Part shown: in pieces, positions 44,552 to 53,669 of the stretch
Layout of the letters: every line of letters starts with the position of its first letter
How positions within the stretch are numbered: position 1 is the first letter of the stretch
Source of the DNA: Ilumatobacteraceae bacterium
GTDB taxonomy: Bacteria; Actinomycetota; Acidimicrobiia; Acidimicrobiales; Ilumatobacteraceae
Direction of reading: 5' to 3'
DNA: 64,000 nucleotides
NCBI GenBank assembly: GCA_031370825.1
Contig: JANMRB010000157.1
Location: forward strand, 14,556 to 78,555
Position numbers and translations under genes: made by a program
Notes under the pieces: generated by a model
The model's database searches: none
Seen by the model: the letters and a program-made list of their open reading frames with translations, nothing else
Told to the model about the DNA's origin: nothing

Positions 44552-47035
44552 TCAGACGTTGACGGTGATGCGGCCGTCGACCGAATCGACGGTCACCGTG
44601 TCGCCCTCGACCGCCTTGCCCTCCAGGATGAGGAGCGCGGCAGGGTCGCTGATCTCACGCTGGATCACACGCTTCAGGGGCCTGGCACCGAACGAGGGGT
44701 CGTAGCCGTCGTGAGCGAGTTGCGCCAGTGCAGCATCAGTGACGTTGAGCGTCAGTCGCCGTTCGGCCATTCGCTTGCGGAGATGCCCCAACTGAATCGT
44801 GACGATGCGAGACAGGTCCTCCTCGGTCAGCGATCGGAAACGGATGATGTCGTCGACGCGGTTGATGAACTCCGGCTTGAAGAACGACGAGGGATCACCC
44901 TGCAGGTTGCTGGTCATAACCAACACGACGTTGGTGAAGTCGACCGTGCGGCCCTGACCATCGGTCAGCCGGCCGTCGTCGAGCACCTGCAACAGAACGT
45001 TGAACACGTCGGGGTGGGCCTTCTCGATCTCGTCGAGCAGCACAACGCTGTACGGCCGCCGACGAACCGCTTCGGTCAGTTGCCCGCCTTCGTCATAGCC
45101 GACGTATCCGGGAGGAGCCCCGATCAACCGGCTCACGGAGAACTTCTCCATGTACTCCCCCATGTCGATGCGGACCATCGCGTGGTCGTCGTCGAAGAGG
45201 TACTCGGCGACTGCTCGGGCGAGCTCGGTCTTGCCGACACCGGTGGGTCCGAGGAACATGAACGAACCGATCGGACGGTTGGGATCACTGAGGCCGGCCC
45301 GCGATCGTCTGATTGCATTTGCAACAGCAGTCACTGCGTTGTCCTGACCAATGACCCTCTGGTGCAGAAGCTCTTCGAGCTGCACCAGCTTGGCCATCTC
45401 GCCTTCCATCAAACGGCTCACCGGCACGCCCGTCCACTTGCTGACGACTTCGGCAATGTCTTCGGCGTCGACCTCTTCTTTCAGCATCCTGGTGCCGGAC
45501 TGCAACTCATCGAGGTGCTCTGTCGCCTCGGCGATGCGTCGCTCCAGCTCGGGCATCCGTCCGTAACGAATCTCTGCGGCGACCGCCAGATCCGTCTCGC
45601 GTTCGAGCTGTTGGCCGAGCTGACCCAGCTCCTCTTTCAGCGAACGGATGGCGTCGATCGCCTGCTTCTCACCTTCCCAGTGCTCCTTCATCGCGTGCAC
45701 CTGGGTGTTGAGCGAAGCAAGCTCGTCGACCAGGGCATCGCGACGCTCCTTCGATGCTGCGTCGGATTCCTTCTCCAGGGCCACCTGCTCGATCTCGAGT
45801 TGCAGGATGCGGCGCTGTACAACGTCGATCTCGGTGGGCAATGAATCGATTTCGATGCGCAGCTTGCTTGCGGCCTCGTCCATCAGGTCGATGGCCTTGT
45901 CGGGCAGGAACCGATTCGTCAGGTATCGGTTCGACAGCACCGCAGCGCTGACGAGCGCCGAGTCCTGGATGCGCACACCGTGGTGCACCTCGTACCGTTC
46001 CTTCAGGCCACGAAGGATCCCGATGGTGTCTTCGACGCTGGGCTCGCCGACGTAGACCTGCTGGAAGCGACGCTCGAGCGCGGCGTCCTTCTCGACGTGC
46101 TTGCGGTACTCGTCGAGCGTCGTCGCGCCGATCATTCGCAGCTCCCCGCGGGCGAGCATCGGCTTGATCATGTTGCCGGCATCCATCGCCCCTTCGGCGG
46201 CACCGGCGCCGACGATCGTGTGCAACTCGTCGACGAAAGTGATCACTTCACCGGCAGCGTCGGTGATCTCTTTCAGCACCGCCTGCAAACGCTCCTCGAA
46301 CTCGCCACGGTACTTCGCTCCGGCCAACAACGAACCGATGTCGAGTGAGATCAGCCGCTTGCTCTTCAGGCCTTCGGGCACATCGCCGTCGGCGATTCTG
46401 CGGGCCAGACCCTCGACGATCGCCGTCTTGCCGACACCGGGCTCACCGATCAGGACAGGATTGTTCTTGGTGCGCCGGCTGAGCACTTGGATGACACGGC
46501 GGATCTCGTCGTCGCGACCGATGACAGGGTCGATCTTGCCGTCCCGTGCGCGCTGGGTGAGGTCCTGGCCGTACTTCTCCAGTGCGGCGAAGCTCTCCTC
46601 CGGTGTCTGGCTGGTGATGCGGTGGCTGCCGCGCACCTCTTTCAAGGCCTGGAGCAACTCTTCGCTACCGATGCCGAGTCGTTGGTTCATGGCCAGCAGG
46701 AGATGCTCGACCGACAAGAAGTCGTCCTTGAGGTCTTTCTGGTACTGCTCGGCGTTCTGGACGACGTTGTTGAGCTCGCGGTTCATGCGCGGATCATCGG
46801 TGCCGTATGCCTTCGGCAATCGCTGCACCGCTTCGTCGGCCTTGTTGCGCACCATGAGAGGCGCCAATCCGAGCTTGGCCAACACGGCCGGGACGATGGT
46901 GTCGTCTTGGCGCGTCATCGCGGCCATCAGGTGGTCGGGGGTCAGCTCGGGGTTGCTGAGCGCCTTCGCCTGATCAATGGCCGCGGCAAAGGCTTCATTC
47001 GTCCTCAGTGTCCACTTCTTGGGATCGAGTGCCAC
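44552..47035 (-). CDS. clpB: ATP-dependent chaperone ClpB
   Basis: Two AAA modules ([15 protein letters not shown]; [17 protein letters not shown]) with a long coiled-coil middle domain and a Clp-N domain at the N-terminus. Confidence 0.95.
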   Translation of the reverse strand: MALDPKKWTLRTNEAFAAAIDQAKALSNPELTPDHLMAAMTRQDDTIVPAVLAKLGLAPLMVRNKADEAVQRLPKAYGTDDPRMNRELNNVVQNAEQYQKDLKDDFLSVEHLLLAMNQRLGIGSEELLQALKEVRGSHRITSQTPEESFAALEKYGQDLTQRARDGKIDPVIGRDDEIRRVIQVLSRRTKNNPVLIGEPGVGKTAIVEGLARRIADGDVPEGLKSKRLISLDIGSLLAGAKYRGEFEERLQAVLKEITDAAGEVITFVDELHTIVGAGAAEGAMDAGNMIKPMLARGELRMIGATTLDEYRKHVEKDAALERRFQQVYVGEPSVEDTIGILRGLKERYEVHHGVRIQDSALVSAAVLSNRYLTNRFLPDKAIDLMDEAASKLRIEIDSLPTEIDVVQRRILQLEIEQVALEKESDAASKERRDALVDELASLNTQVHAMKEHWEGEKQAIDAIRSLKEELGQLGQQLERETDLAVAAEIRYGRMPELERRIAEATEHLDELQSGTRMLKEEVDAEDIAEVVSKWTGVPVSRLMEGEMAKLVQLEELLHQRVIGQDNAVTAVANAIRRSRAGLSDPNRPIGSFMFLGPTGVGKTELARAVAEYLFDDDHAMVRIDMGEYMEKFSVSRLIGAPPGYVGYDEGGQLTEAVRRRPYSVVLLDEIEKAHPDVFNVLLQVLDDGRLTDGQGRTVDFTNVVLVMTSNLQGDPSSFFKPEFINRVDDIIRFRSLTEEDLSRIVTIQLGHLRKRMAERRLTLNVTDAALAQLAHDGYDPSFGARPLKRVIQREISDPAALLILEGKAVEGDTVTVDSVDGRITVNV

Positions 47036-47077
47036 GACGTCCTCTCACAGCTGGTCCGCTGGCCGGGTAGGAGAAAT

Positions 47078-47098
47078 GTTGAGTCAGAGTGTATCAAC
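47078..47098 (-). promoter_or_regulatory. imperfect HspR-type inverted repeat (HAIR-like) upstream of clpB
   Basis: Gene-sense sequence GTTGATA-cactctg-ACTCAAC, compared with consensus CTTGAGT-N7-ACTCAAG, matches 10 of 14 positions. It lies 43-63 nt upstream of the clpB ATG. Confidence 0.4.
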
Positions 47099-47135
47099 TT
47101 CGCGACAGGTGGCAACCGTGGTCCAGGTCCCCGAG

Positions 47136-48173
47136 TCAGCGGGGGCACGACCAAGCCGCCAGCTCGGCACCGGTCAGGTCGCGTATCGATCCGCCTTTGG
47201 TGTTCGCTGTCGTGCGGCGGATGAACAGCTCGAAGGGGGCGGCTCCGGTCATCTCCACGACTCCGTCGACGCGAACCTCACCACGAGACCGCGGATCGCG
47301 CGATCCGTCTGCCGCGAACGAGACCCCGAACTCCAGCAGCACAGCGGTTGCAGCCTCGGGATTGCCGTCGGGGGCTATTGCCACCAGCCTGTAGTAGACG
47401 TCCAACGTGTCGTCGCTGAAGGTTGCCGACACGACGAGGTCGGCAACACCGTCGCCGATGAGATCGACCAGTACGGCACTTCCGCGCTGCGGCGGTGGCG
47501 CAGGCTGGACCCCGTTGCTGGCCGTGATGAGTTGCACGACGGCAAGCACGGCAGGATCGGTGAGCGGGACGGGTGTGGCCGTTGCTGGTTGGAGCTGCCA
47601 CGTTGGTGCCTCGACCCACAAACCCAGCGGCTGGGCGTCGTCCAAGGCACGCGGCTGCACTGCGATCGGGCAGGTGGCCGAGATCTCGAGCGGGTCGAGC
47701 GCCCGCACCTGGGCGCTGAACTGGGAGCCGACGAAGTTGACCACGGACCACATCTGCACCGGGCCCTGTCGGAGCTGCGAGACGGCATCTCCCTGGTAGG
47801 CAGCGAAGCCGGCCGCCGAGATGTGGCCGAGCGGATACCCGTCGCCGAAGACCATGTGGTCGCCCGTGACCGGGGCCGCTGTCGTCGTCGTGGCAGCCAG
47901 CGTGGTCGTCGTCGAGGTCGTCGGTGCGATGGTGGTGGTTGTCGTGGACGTGATGGACGAGGTCGTCGTCAGCGCCGTGGTAGGAGCCCCTGTGGGTGCG
48001 GCCGAGGCGTCTCCGCGCGCGTCCTGCCATTGGGCCACCACATATGACGCTGCGCCGCCGGCGACGAGTGCCGTCAGCACGAGTAGGACGATGCCGACGC
48101 TGCGGTTCGAACGACCGGCGTGACGATCATTGCGCTCGTGGTCCGGACCGGGAGGATCCCACTGATGCGACAT
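47136..48173 (-). CDS. hypothetical membrane-anchored extracytoplasmic protein with a poly-Thr linker
   Basis: MSHQWDPPG..., TM VGIVLLVLTALVAGGAASYVV, then TTALTTTSSITSTTTTTIAPTTSTTTTLAATTTTAAP, and a C-terminal domain with an FG-GAP-like DLIGDGVADLVV. I chose the start at 48173 rather than 48215. Confidence 0.65.
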   Translation of the reverse strand: MSHQWDPPGPDHERNDRHAGRSNRSVGIVLLVLTALVAGGAASYVVAQWQDARGDASAAPTGAPTTALTTTSSITSTTTTTIAPTTSTTTTLAATTTTAAPVTGDHMVFGDGYPLGHISAAGFAAYQGDAVSQLRQGPVQMWSVVNFVGSQFSAQVRALDPLEISATCPIAVQPRALDDAQPLGLWVEAPTWQLQPATATPVPLTDPAVLAVVQLITASNGVQPAPPPQRGSAVLVDLIGDGVADLVVSATFSDDTLDVYYRLVAIAPDGNPEAATAVLLEFGVSFAADGSRDPRSRGEVRVDGVVEMTGAAPFELFIRRTTANTKGGSIRDLTGAELAAWSCPR

Positions 48174-48237
48174 GTCGTCACAGTCTTGCGCACGACAACG
48201 CCGGAACCGACGCACACCCCACTCCTACACTCGAACT

Positions 48238-51162
48238 GTGCCCATTCGTCCCAACGTCGCGCCGTCGCCAGGCTTGCAGCTGACCTGGCTCGATGGCGAG
48301 GTGGTGGCCTGGCAGCCTGGCCGCGGGGTGTACGGCGGAAACCTGCAGGCAGCGGTCACCTCGACGTTCCGACGCCCTCCCACGTCACAGAGCGGTTCGA
48401 TGCGCGTGGTGCGCATGGCCCTGCCAGGCGGCGAGCAACAGGTGATGTGCCAACGCCTGACCGTCGCCTCGCTTGCCGCGCTCGGGCAGCTCGACGCACT
48501 CGGCGACGACGTGGGGCCATCCGTCGGCTGGCTCGGCGCCGCCTATTCGGTTGCCATCCGGCTTGTCACCGCTGGCCGGGTGCTGCCCCAACTCACCGAC
48601 ACAGGCCTCGGCTGGTGGGTCGCTCGATGGCGACCGCTTCGCGCCGACCTCGCCGGTCCGGTTGCCGAGCTGTCCGCCAGCCAGCCACCGGTGGTAGCAG
48701 TCGCCAGCCCGGGTTTCACCGCCGCGGAGCTGACGACCGTCATCATCGACTCGTTCGTCGATCAGACCGCCAGGCTGCTGCTCGCCGGCGCCGGTTGGCA
48801 TGCGCCGCTCACCGATACCAGACGGGCCGCTGCACGTGCCGCCCGCGTCGCCTCCCGAGCCCTCAGCGCCCCTTCAGGTGAGTTCCGCGCCGAAGGCGAG
48901 ATCGGCGAGGCGCTCGATGATCTGGCGACGATCTTCGACCAGGCCATTCGTCGTGCCGAGGGCGAGCCCGTGGTGCGGGCACGGCTCAGGCTGGCCCTGC
49001 CACAGGAGCCGCAAGGTGATTGGCCGCTGTCGCTCGAGCTCGTCGATCCCGACGATCGTGGCCGGTGGTGCACGGCCGAAGATGTAGCCGCCGGCAGTGC
49101 TGCCGCGTTGCGGCTTGCCGGCGACCAGCGGTTCCTGCCGATGCTCGGTGAAGCCATCGCGACTGCGCGTGTGGATCTCGAGATGCTCGCCCCGTGGCTC
49201 GCGAATTGGCTTGCCGATCCACGCGACGACGTCGATCTCGAAATGGCAGCGGCCACACTCGAAGCGGTCGACGCGTTGGCCACTGTCGACGTCGAGCTGC
49301 TGACACCCGAGCGGCTCACGCGTCGAACCGCCACGACCAGAGGTGTCGCCCAGCCGCAGAGCGCCGGCGGCGGCAGGTTCGGTGCCGCGGCAATCATCGA
49401 CTGGACGGTCGTTGTCGACGACACGCCGATCGACGAGGCACTGCTCGAGCGCGCCGCAGCCTCGGGAGCGGGACTGATCAACATCAACGGCAGGTGGGTG
49501 CGACTCGACCGCACCGAGGCGCGGCGTGCCCTCGCGAATCTCGCCGAACATCGCACGGAACACGGCGAGTTGTCGACGCTCGATCTGCTGAAGCTGTCCG
49601 CGGAGCTTGCTACCTCGGAAGAAGAACAGTTGACCGAGGGCCTCACGCCTCCGATCGTGGCCAGCGATTGGTTGGGTGATCTGCTGCGGGGTCTCCCAGA
49701 CGCCGCCCTCAGCGAAGGTGTCGAACCTGCCGGGTTCATGGCCACCCTTCGGCCGTACCAACGGCGCGGGCTCGGCTGGTTGCAGTTTCTCTACGGGCTC
49801 GGCCTAGGCGGCTGCCTGGCAGACGACATGGGCCTGGGCAAGACGCCGACCACGCTCGCCCACATATCCGCGCTACCAGGCCCGCACCTGGTGATCTGTC
49901 CGCTTTCCGTCGTCCGAAACTGGGAGGCCGAAGCGGCGCGGTTCACACCGATGCTGCGTGTGGCAGTTCACCACGGCACTGGTCGCAGCGGCGCTGCCTC
50001 ATTCGCAAACGTGGTGGCACAACACGACCTGATCATCACCACTTATCACGTCGCTGCACGCGACATCGAGACTCTCGGCGAAGTGCAGTGGACAACCGTG
50101 GTGTTCGACGAGGCGCAAGCTGTCAAGAACCCCGAGACCCGAACCGCGAAGGCGTTACGAACGCTGCCGGCGGCGCAGCACATCGCGCTGACCGGCACGC
50201 CCGTCGAGAACCGGCTCAGCGAACTGTGGTCGATCATGTCGATGGTCACGCCCGGCCTGCTCGGCAACCTCACCCAGTTCCGCCGCCGCTTCGCGATGCC
50301 GATCGAGCGCAACCACGACGTCGCTGCCGCCGAGGCGCTGCGCCGCCTGACATCGCCGTTCCTGCTACGCCGGACCAAGGCCGACAAGTCGCTCGTGCCC
50401 GACCTTCCCGACAAGGTCGAGCAACTGGCGTGGGCATCGCTGACCCGCGAGCAGGCCGGCATGTACCAAGGCGTCGTCGACCAACTCTTGGCTGATGCTC
50501 AACAAGCCAGCGGAATGCGACGCCGCGGGCTCGTCCTGGCTGCGCTGACGCGGCTCAAGCAGATCTGCAACCATCCCGCTCACGCGTTGGCCGATGGATC
50601 GCGACTGGGGGGCCGGTCCGGCAAGCTGACCCGGTTCGACGAGTTGGTCGCCGACCTGCTCGACGCCGAGGAGCAGGCTCTGGTGTTCACTCAGTTCCGG
50701 GAGATGGGCTTGCTGTTGCAGCGTCACCTCAACGAACGGTTCGCGCTGCCCACACCATTCCTGCACGGAGGGGTCACTCGCAAGGGCCGCGACCGCATGG
50801 TCGACGAGTTCCAAAGTGGTTCTGCATCGCCTCTGCTGCTGGTGTCCTTGCGCGCCGGTGGCACCGGCCTCAACCTCACCGCGGCGTCGCGTGTCGTGCA
50901 CTACGACCGCTGGTGGAACCCGGCCGTTGAAGACCAGGCCACGGATCGGGCCTGGCGTATCGGTCAACATCGCTCGGTCTTCGTCCACAAGTTGGTCTGC
51001 CAAGGCACGATCGAAGAGCGAGTCGACGCGATGATCAACGACAAGCGTGCACTTGCCGATGCCGTTGTGGGTACAACAGGCGAGGCGTGGCTCAGTGAGT
51101 TGTCGACCGAGGAGTTGCGCGACCTGATCGTGCTCGACCACAACGCGGTGCGTGGCGCATGA
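48238..51162 (+). CDS. SNF2-family DEAD/H helicase (HelZ-like) with a long uncharacterised N-terminal region
   Basis: Motif I LADDMGLGKTPTTLAHI, motif II VVFDEAQAVKNP, C-terminal helicase motifs LLVSLRAGGTGLNLTAASRVVHYDRWWNPAVEDQATDRAWRIGQ. The start is uncertain (GTG 48238 or ATG 48172). Confidence 0.85.
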   Translation: MPIRPNVAPSPGLQLTWLDGEVVAWQPGRGVYGGNLQAAVTSTFRRPPTSQSGSMRVVRMALPGGEQQVMCQRLTVASLAALGQLDALGDDVGPSVGWLGAAYSVAIRLVTAGRVLPQLTDTGLGWWVARWRPLRADLAGPVAELSASQPPVVAVASPGFTAAELTTVIIDSFVDQTARLLLAGAGWHAPLTDTRRAAARAARVASRALSAPSGEFRAEGEIGEALDDLATIFDQAIRRAEGEPVVRARLRLALPQEPQGDWPLSLELVDPDDRGRWCTAEDVAAGSAAALRLAGDQRFLPMLGEAIATARVDLEMLAPWLANWLADPRDDVDLEMAAATLEAVDALATVDVELLTPERLTRRTATTRGVAQPQSAGGGRFGAAAIIDWTVVVDDTPIDEALLERAAASGAGLININGRWVRLDRTEARRALANLAEHRTEHGELSTLDLLKLSAELATSEEEQLTEGLTPPIVASDWLGDLLRGLPDAALSEGVEPAGFMATLRPYQRRGLGWLQFLYGLGLGGCLADDMGLGKTPTTLAHISALPGPHLVICPLSVVRNWEAEAARFTPMLRVAVHHGTGRSGAASFANVVAQHDLIITTYHVAARDIETLGEVQWTTVVFDEAQAVKNPETRTAKALRTLPAAQHIALTGTPVENRLSELWSIMSMVTPGLLGNLTQFRRRFAMPIERNHDVAAAEALRRLTSPFLLRRTKADKSLVPDLPDKVEQLAWASLTREQAGMYQGVVDQLLADAQQASGMRRRGLVLAALTRLKQICNHPAHALADGSRLGGRSGKLTRFDELVADLLDAEEQALVFTQFREMGLLLQRHLNERFALPTPFLHGGVTRKGRDRMVDEFQSGSASPLLLVSLRAGGTGLNLTAASRVVHYDRWWNPAVEDQATDRAWRIGQHRSVFVHKLVCQGTIEERVDAMINDKRALADAVVGTTGEAWLSELSTEELRDLIVLDHNAVRGA

Positions 51163-51881
51163 GCATCGTCATCACACCGGGCCCGTCATCGCGCTTGCGG
51201 CAGGAGGCGACTCCCGCGGGCCGACTCGCCGCATCGCTGCTCTCGGTCACCGTCGCCGGCATGGCCGACCCCCAACGGTTTCGACGTGGCAAGGCATACC
51301 TCGCCGACCACGCCATCACCCGCCTCGAAGTCTCCGAAGGGGTGCTGCTGGCAACTGTCCTCGGCGGTCGCCCTGATCCGTACCACGTCACCGTCACCGT
51401 CGAGACGGTTGCTCGTCCCGACGACCTCGGTCAGATACCCGAACGTGCGCACGTTGCCCGCCTCATCCCACGCGGCGACGACTTGCTGACGTCGTGCACC
51501 TGCCCCGATTGGGACGATCCGTGCAAACACGGCGTTGCGGCGCTGCTGGCGCTCGCCGCAGAGTTCGCCGGTCGCCCAGAGCTCCTGGTGGCGTGGCGGT
51601 GCGGCGAGATCGACAGCCGAGCCCGGACCAAGGTCGGTTCGAGGGCACGTTCCGACCGTCACTTGCGACTCGTGCCGCCCTCGCCACCAGCGTCTCCGTT
51701 CGACACGCAGGAATGGCACGAGTTCGCCGGCGACGACCTCACCATCCCACGATGCGCAGTAACGATGGAGCCGCTGTCGCTGCCTGCTATGAACCTCGAC
51801 CGCACCGACGTTGCAGACGTGATCCAATCCGCGTGGCAGGCGCTGAGCCGGTTCCGGCCGGAGCACGAGTCATCCCTTTGA
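51159..51881 (+). CDS. SWIM zinc-finger protein
   Basis: CTCPDWDDPCKHGVAAL fits the CxCxnCxH SWIM motif. The ATG overlaps the SNF2 TGA as ATGA. Confidence 0.8.
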   Translation: MSIVITPGPSSRLRQEATPAGRLAASLLSVTVAGMADPQRFRRGKAYLADHAITRLEVSEGVLLATVLGGRPDPYHVTVTVETVARPDDLGQIPERAHVARLIPRGDDLLTSCTCPDWDDPCKHGVAALLALAAEFAGRPELLVAWRCGEIDSRARTKVGSRARSDRHLRLVPPSPPASPFDTQEWHEFAGDDLTIPRCAVTMEPLSLPAMNLDRTDVADVIQSAWQALSRFRPEHESSL

Positions 51882-51895
51882 ACCAAAACGCGGCT

Positions 51896-51923
51896 CGAGC
51901 CCAACCCGACTGGGCTGGGCTCG
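51896..51923. terminator. candidate bidirectional stem-loop between convergent genes
   Basis: CGAGCCC ... GGGCTCG arms with an inner AGCCCA/TGGGCT alternative pairing, followed by a short TTT. It lies between the SWIM stop (51881) and the PepSY-gene stop (51949). Confidence 0.3.
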
Positions 51924-51948
51924 AACCGTTTCCGGGGGCTGGGAGGGA

Positions 51949-52671
51949 TCAGCCTGTCGTGGAAGCTGTCTGATCCGCCGGAGGCTGTGCGGGACCTTGG
52001 TGGGGGCCACCAGCCGGCATGTCTTCCGTGGCCGTCACCGCGAAGCTCGCGTCGACCTTGACGACGACCTGGGTGCCGTCGGCCTTGGTCACGTGGGCTT
52101 CGTACGGCGAGCCGTCACTGTCGGTCTCGACGCGGATGATCGTGCCGTCGGGAACAGCTGCTTGGGCCGCAGCTGTCACGCTTGCCGCGGTGTCGCCCGT
52201 CAGTGCGGTCTCGCCATTGCCTGGCCCGTTGCCGGGACCACCACGGCCGCCCTGCGGCTGGTCAACCGTTGCGGTGACCACGTAGTCGGCTCCGACCTGG
52301 ACGATGACCTGCGTGCCGTCGGCTTTGGTCACGTGGGCCTCGTAGACGCCGTCGTTGTCGGTTTCGACACGAACAACCGTGCCGTCGGGCACCGCTGCCT
52401 GCGCGGCGGCGGTGACCTGTGCAGCGGCGTCACCGGTCAGCGGGGTCTCCGGTGTGGCCGCTGTAGCCGATGATGCTGTGGTCGAGTCGCTGCTCGTCGA
52501 GTCGCTGCTCGTCGAGCTGGCGGTGGTGTCGACTGTGGCTGCGACAGCAGTGACGCTGCTCGAGGCCGCCGACGTGACGCCGGGCGAGCCCAGCACGGAG
52601 CCGGCTAGGACTCCGCCGGTGAGGGCAAGTCCGAAGACCGCCGCTCCTATTTTCATGTTTTTGCCAATCAT
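51949..52671 (-). CDS. secreted protein with two PepSY-like domains and a Ser/Thr-rich linker
   Basis: Signal MIGKNMKIGAAVFGLALTGGVLAGSVLG, with an AAAGGAAA-type SD before the ATG at 52671. LTGD.A..VTAAAQAAVPDGT..RVETD.DG.YEAHVTKADGTQV.V.V occurs twice. Confidence 0.75.
   Translation of the reverse strand: MIGKNMKIGAAVFGLALTGGVLAGSVLGSPGVTSAASSSVTAVAATVDTTASSTSSDSTSSDSTTASSATAATPETPLTGDAAAQVTAAAQAAVPDGTVVRVETDNDGVYEAHVTKADGTQVIVQVGADYVVTATVDQPQGGRGGPGNGPGNGETALTGDTAASVTAAAQAAVPDGTIIRVETDSDGSPYEAHVTKADGTQVVVKVDASFAVTATEDMPAGGPHQGPAQPPADQTASTTG
52066..52452 (-). repeat. internal 240-bp-period duplication encoding the two PepSY-like modules
   Basis: The unit at 52066-52212 is closely similar to the unit at 52306-52452 (gacctg.gtgccgtcggc.ttggtcacgtgggc.tcgta...). 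The offset is exactly 240 nt, or 80 codons. Confidence 0.8.
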
Positions 52672-52691
52672 CACAATTTCCTTTCGGGGGG

Positions 52692-53297
52692 TTGGGGGGT
52701 GATGTGAGACGAACGATCGCATCGCAACCTGGGACGATCCTCAGAGACCTCGGGGACATTCCGCAGACTTCGTCTTGCCTGACGTCAGCGGTGACGGCGA
52801 TGCGGCCGCGCCGAAAACGCGAAACAGTCGATCTCGCCGTGTTGGCGGCCGACGCATGCAGCGATGCGGTGGCCGCCGACCCCGATCGGCGGGTCACGCT
52901 CGACGCGCCGGAATCGGTGATCGTGGAGGGAGCCCAGGATCATTTGCGTCAGGCTGTCGCGAACCTCGTCGCCAACGCGCTGACCCACACGCCTGCGGGT
53001 ACACCGATCGAGGTGTCGGCGCGAGCCGCTGGCCGGCGAGCCGAGCTCATGGTCCGCGACCATGGCCCGGGGTTGTCGCCGGAAGCTCTGCAGCATGCCT
53101 TCGACCGCTTCTGGCGAGCTGATTCATCGCGGGTCGGCCCGAAGGCCGGGCTCGGGCTCTCGATCGTCGCGGCCATTGCCGACGAGCACGACGGAACAGC
53201 GACTGCGCGCAATCACCCCGACGGCGGGGCTATCTTCACACTGGACTTGCCGTTGGCTGTGGCAGTATCCGGATCAGCTCGACCGACCGAGGCGTGA
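52692..53297 (+). pseudogene. 5'-truncated sensor histidine kinase remnant (HATPase_c part only)
   Basis: RETVDLAVLAADACSDAV...LRQAVANLVANALTHTP (N box), VRDHGPGLSPEALQHAFDRFWRAD (G1/F), GLGLSIVAAIADEHDG (G2). No TM, HAMP or H-box/DHp region is present, and no response regulator is adjacent. The ORF opens with a TTG. The first in-frame ATG is at 52800. Confidence 0.6.
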
Positions 53298-53669
53298 CCC
53301 GCCGAAGACCGATACTTCCTGGTGAAGCGGCACGAGGTCACGCCGTGGCGGACGGCGATCCGCCTCGGCAAGTGCCGAAGTAGCGACCTGTTTCAGATCG
53401 GCATTCTCAGCGCGGAGCTGCTCGTTCTCCGCTTCGAGTTGCATCACGCGGCGGATGCCCTCGAGGTTCATGCCCGACGCGGCAAGCTCGCTGATTCGGC
53501 GCAGGCATTCGATGTCGACGTCGCTGTATCGACGATTGCCCCCTTGGGTCCGTGCAGGCTGCACGAGCCCACGTCGTTCGTAGATGCGCAGGGTCTGTGG
53601 ATGCATGCCGGCCAGCTCGGCGGCGACCGAGATTACGTAGACCGCGTGATGTTGGGATCGCATGTTCAT
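53274..53669 (-). CDS. hspR: MerR-family heat-shock repressor HspR
   Basis: VYVISVAAELAGMHPQTLRIYERRGLVQPARTQGGNRRYSDVDIECL. It is the last gene of the dnaK operon, and its ATG overlaps the dnaJ TGA. Confidence 0.9.
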   Translation of the reverse strand: MNMRSQHHAVYVISVAAELAGMHPQTLRIYERRGLVQPARTQGGNRRYSDVDIECLRRISELAASGMNLEGIRRVMQLEAENEQLRAENADLKQVATSALAEADRRPPRRDLVPLHQEVSVFGGSRLGRSS

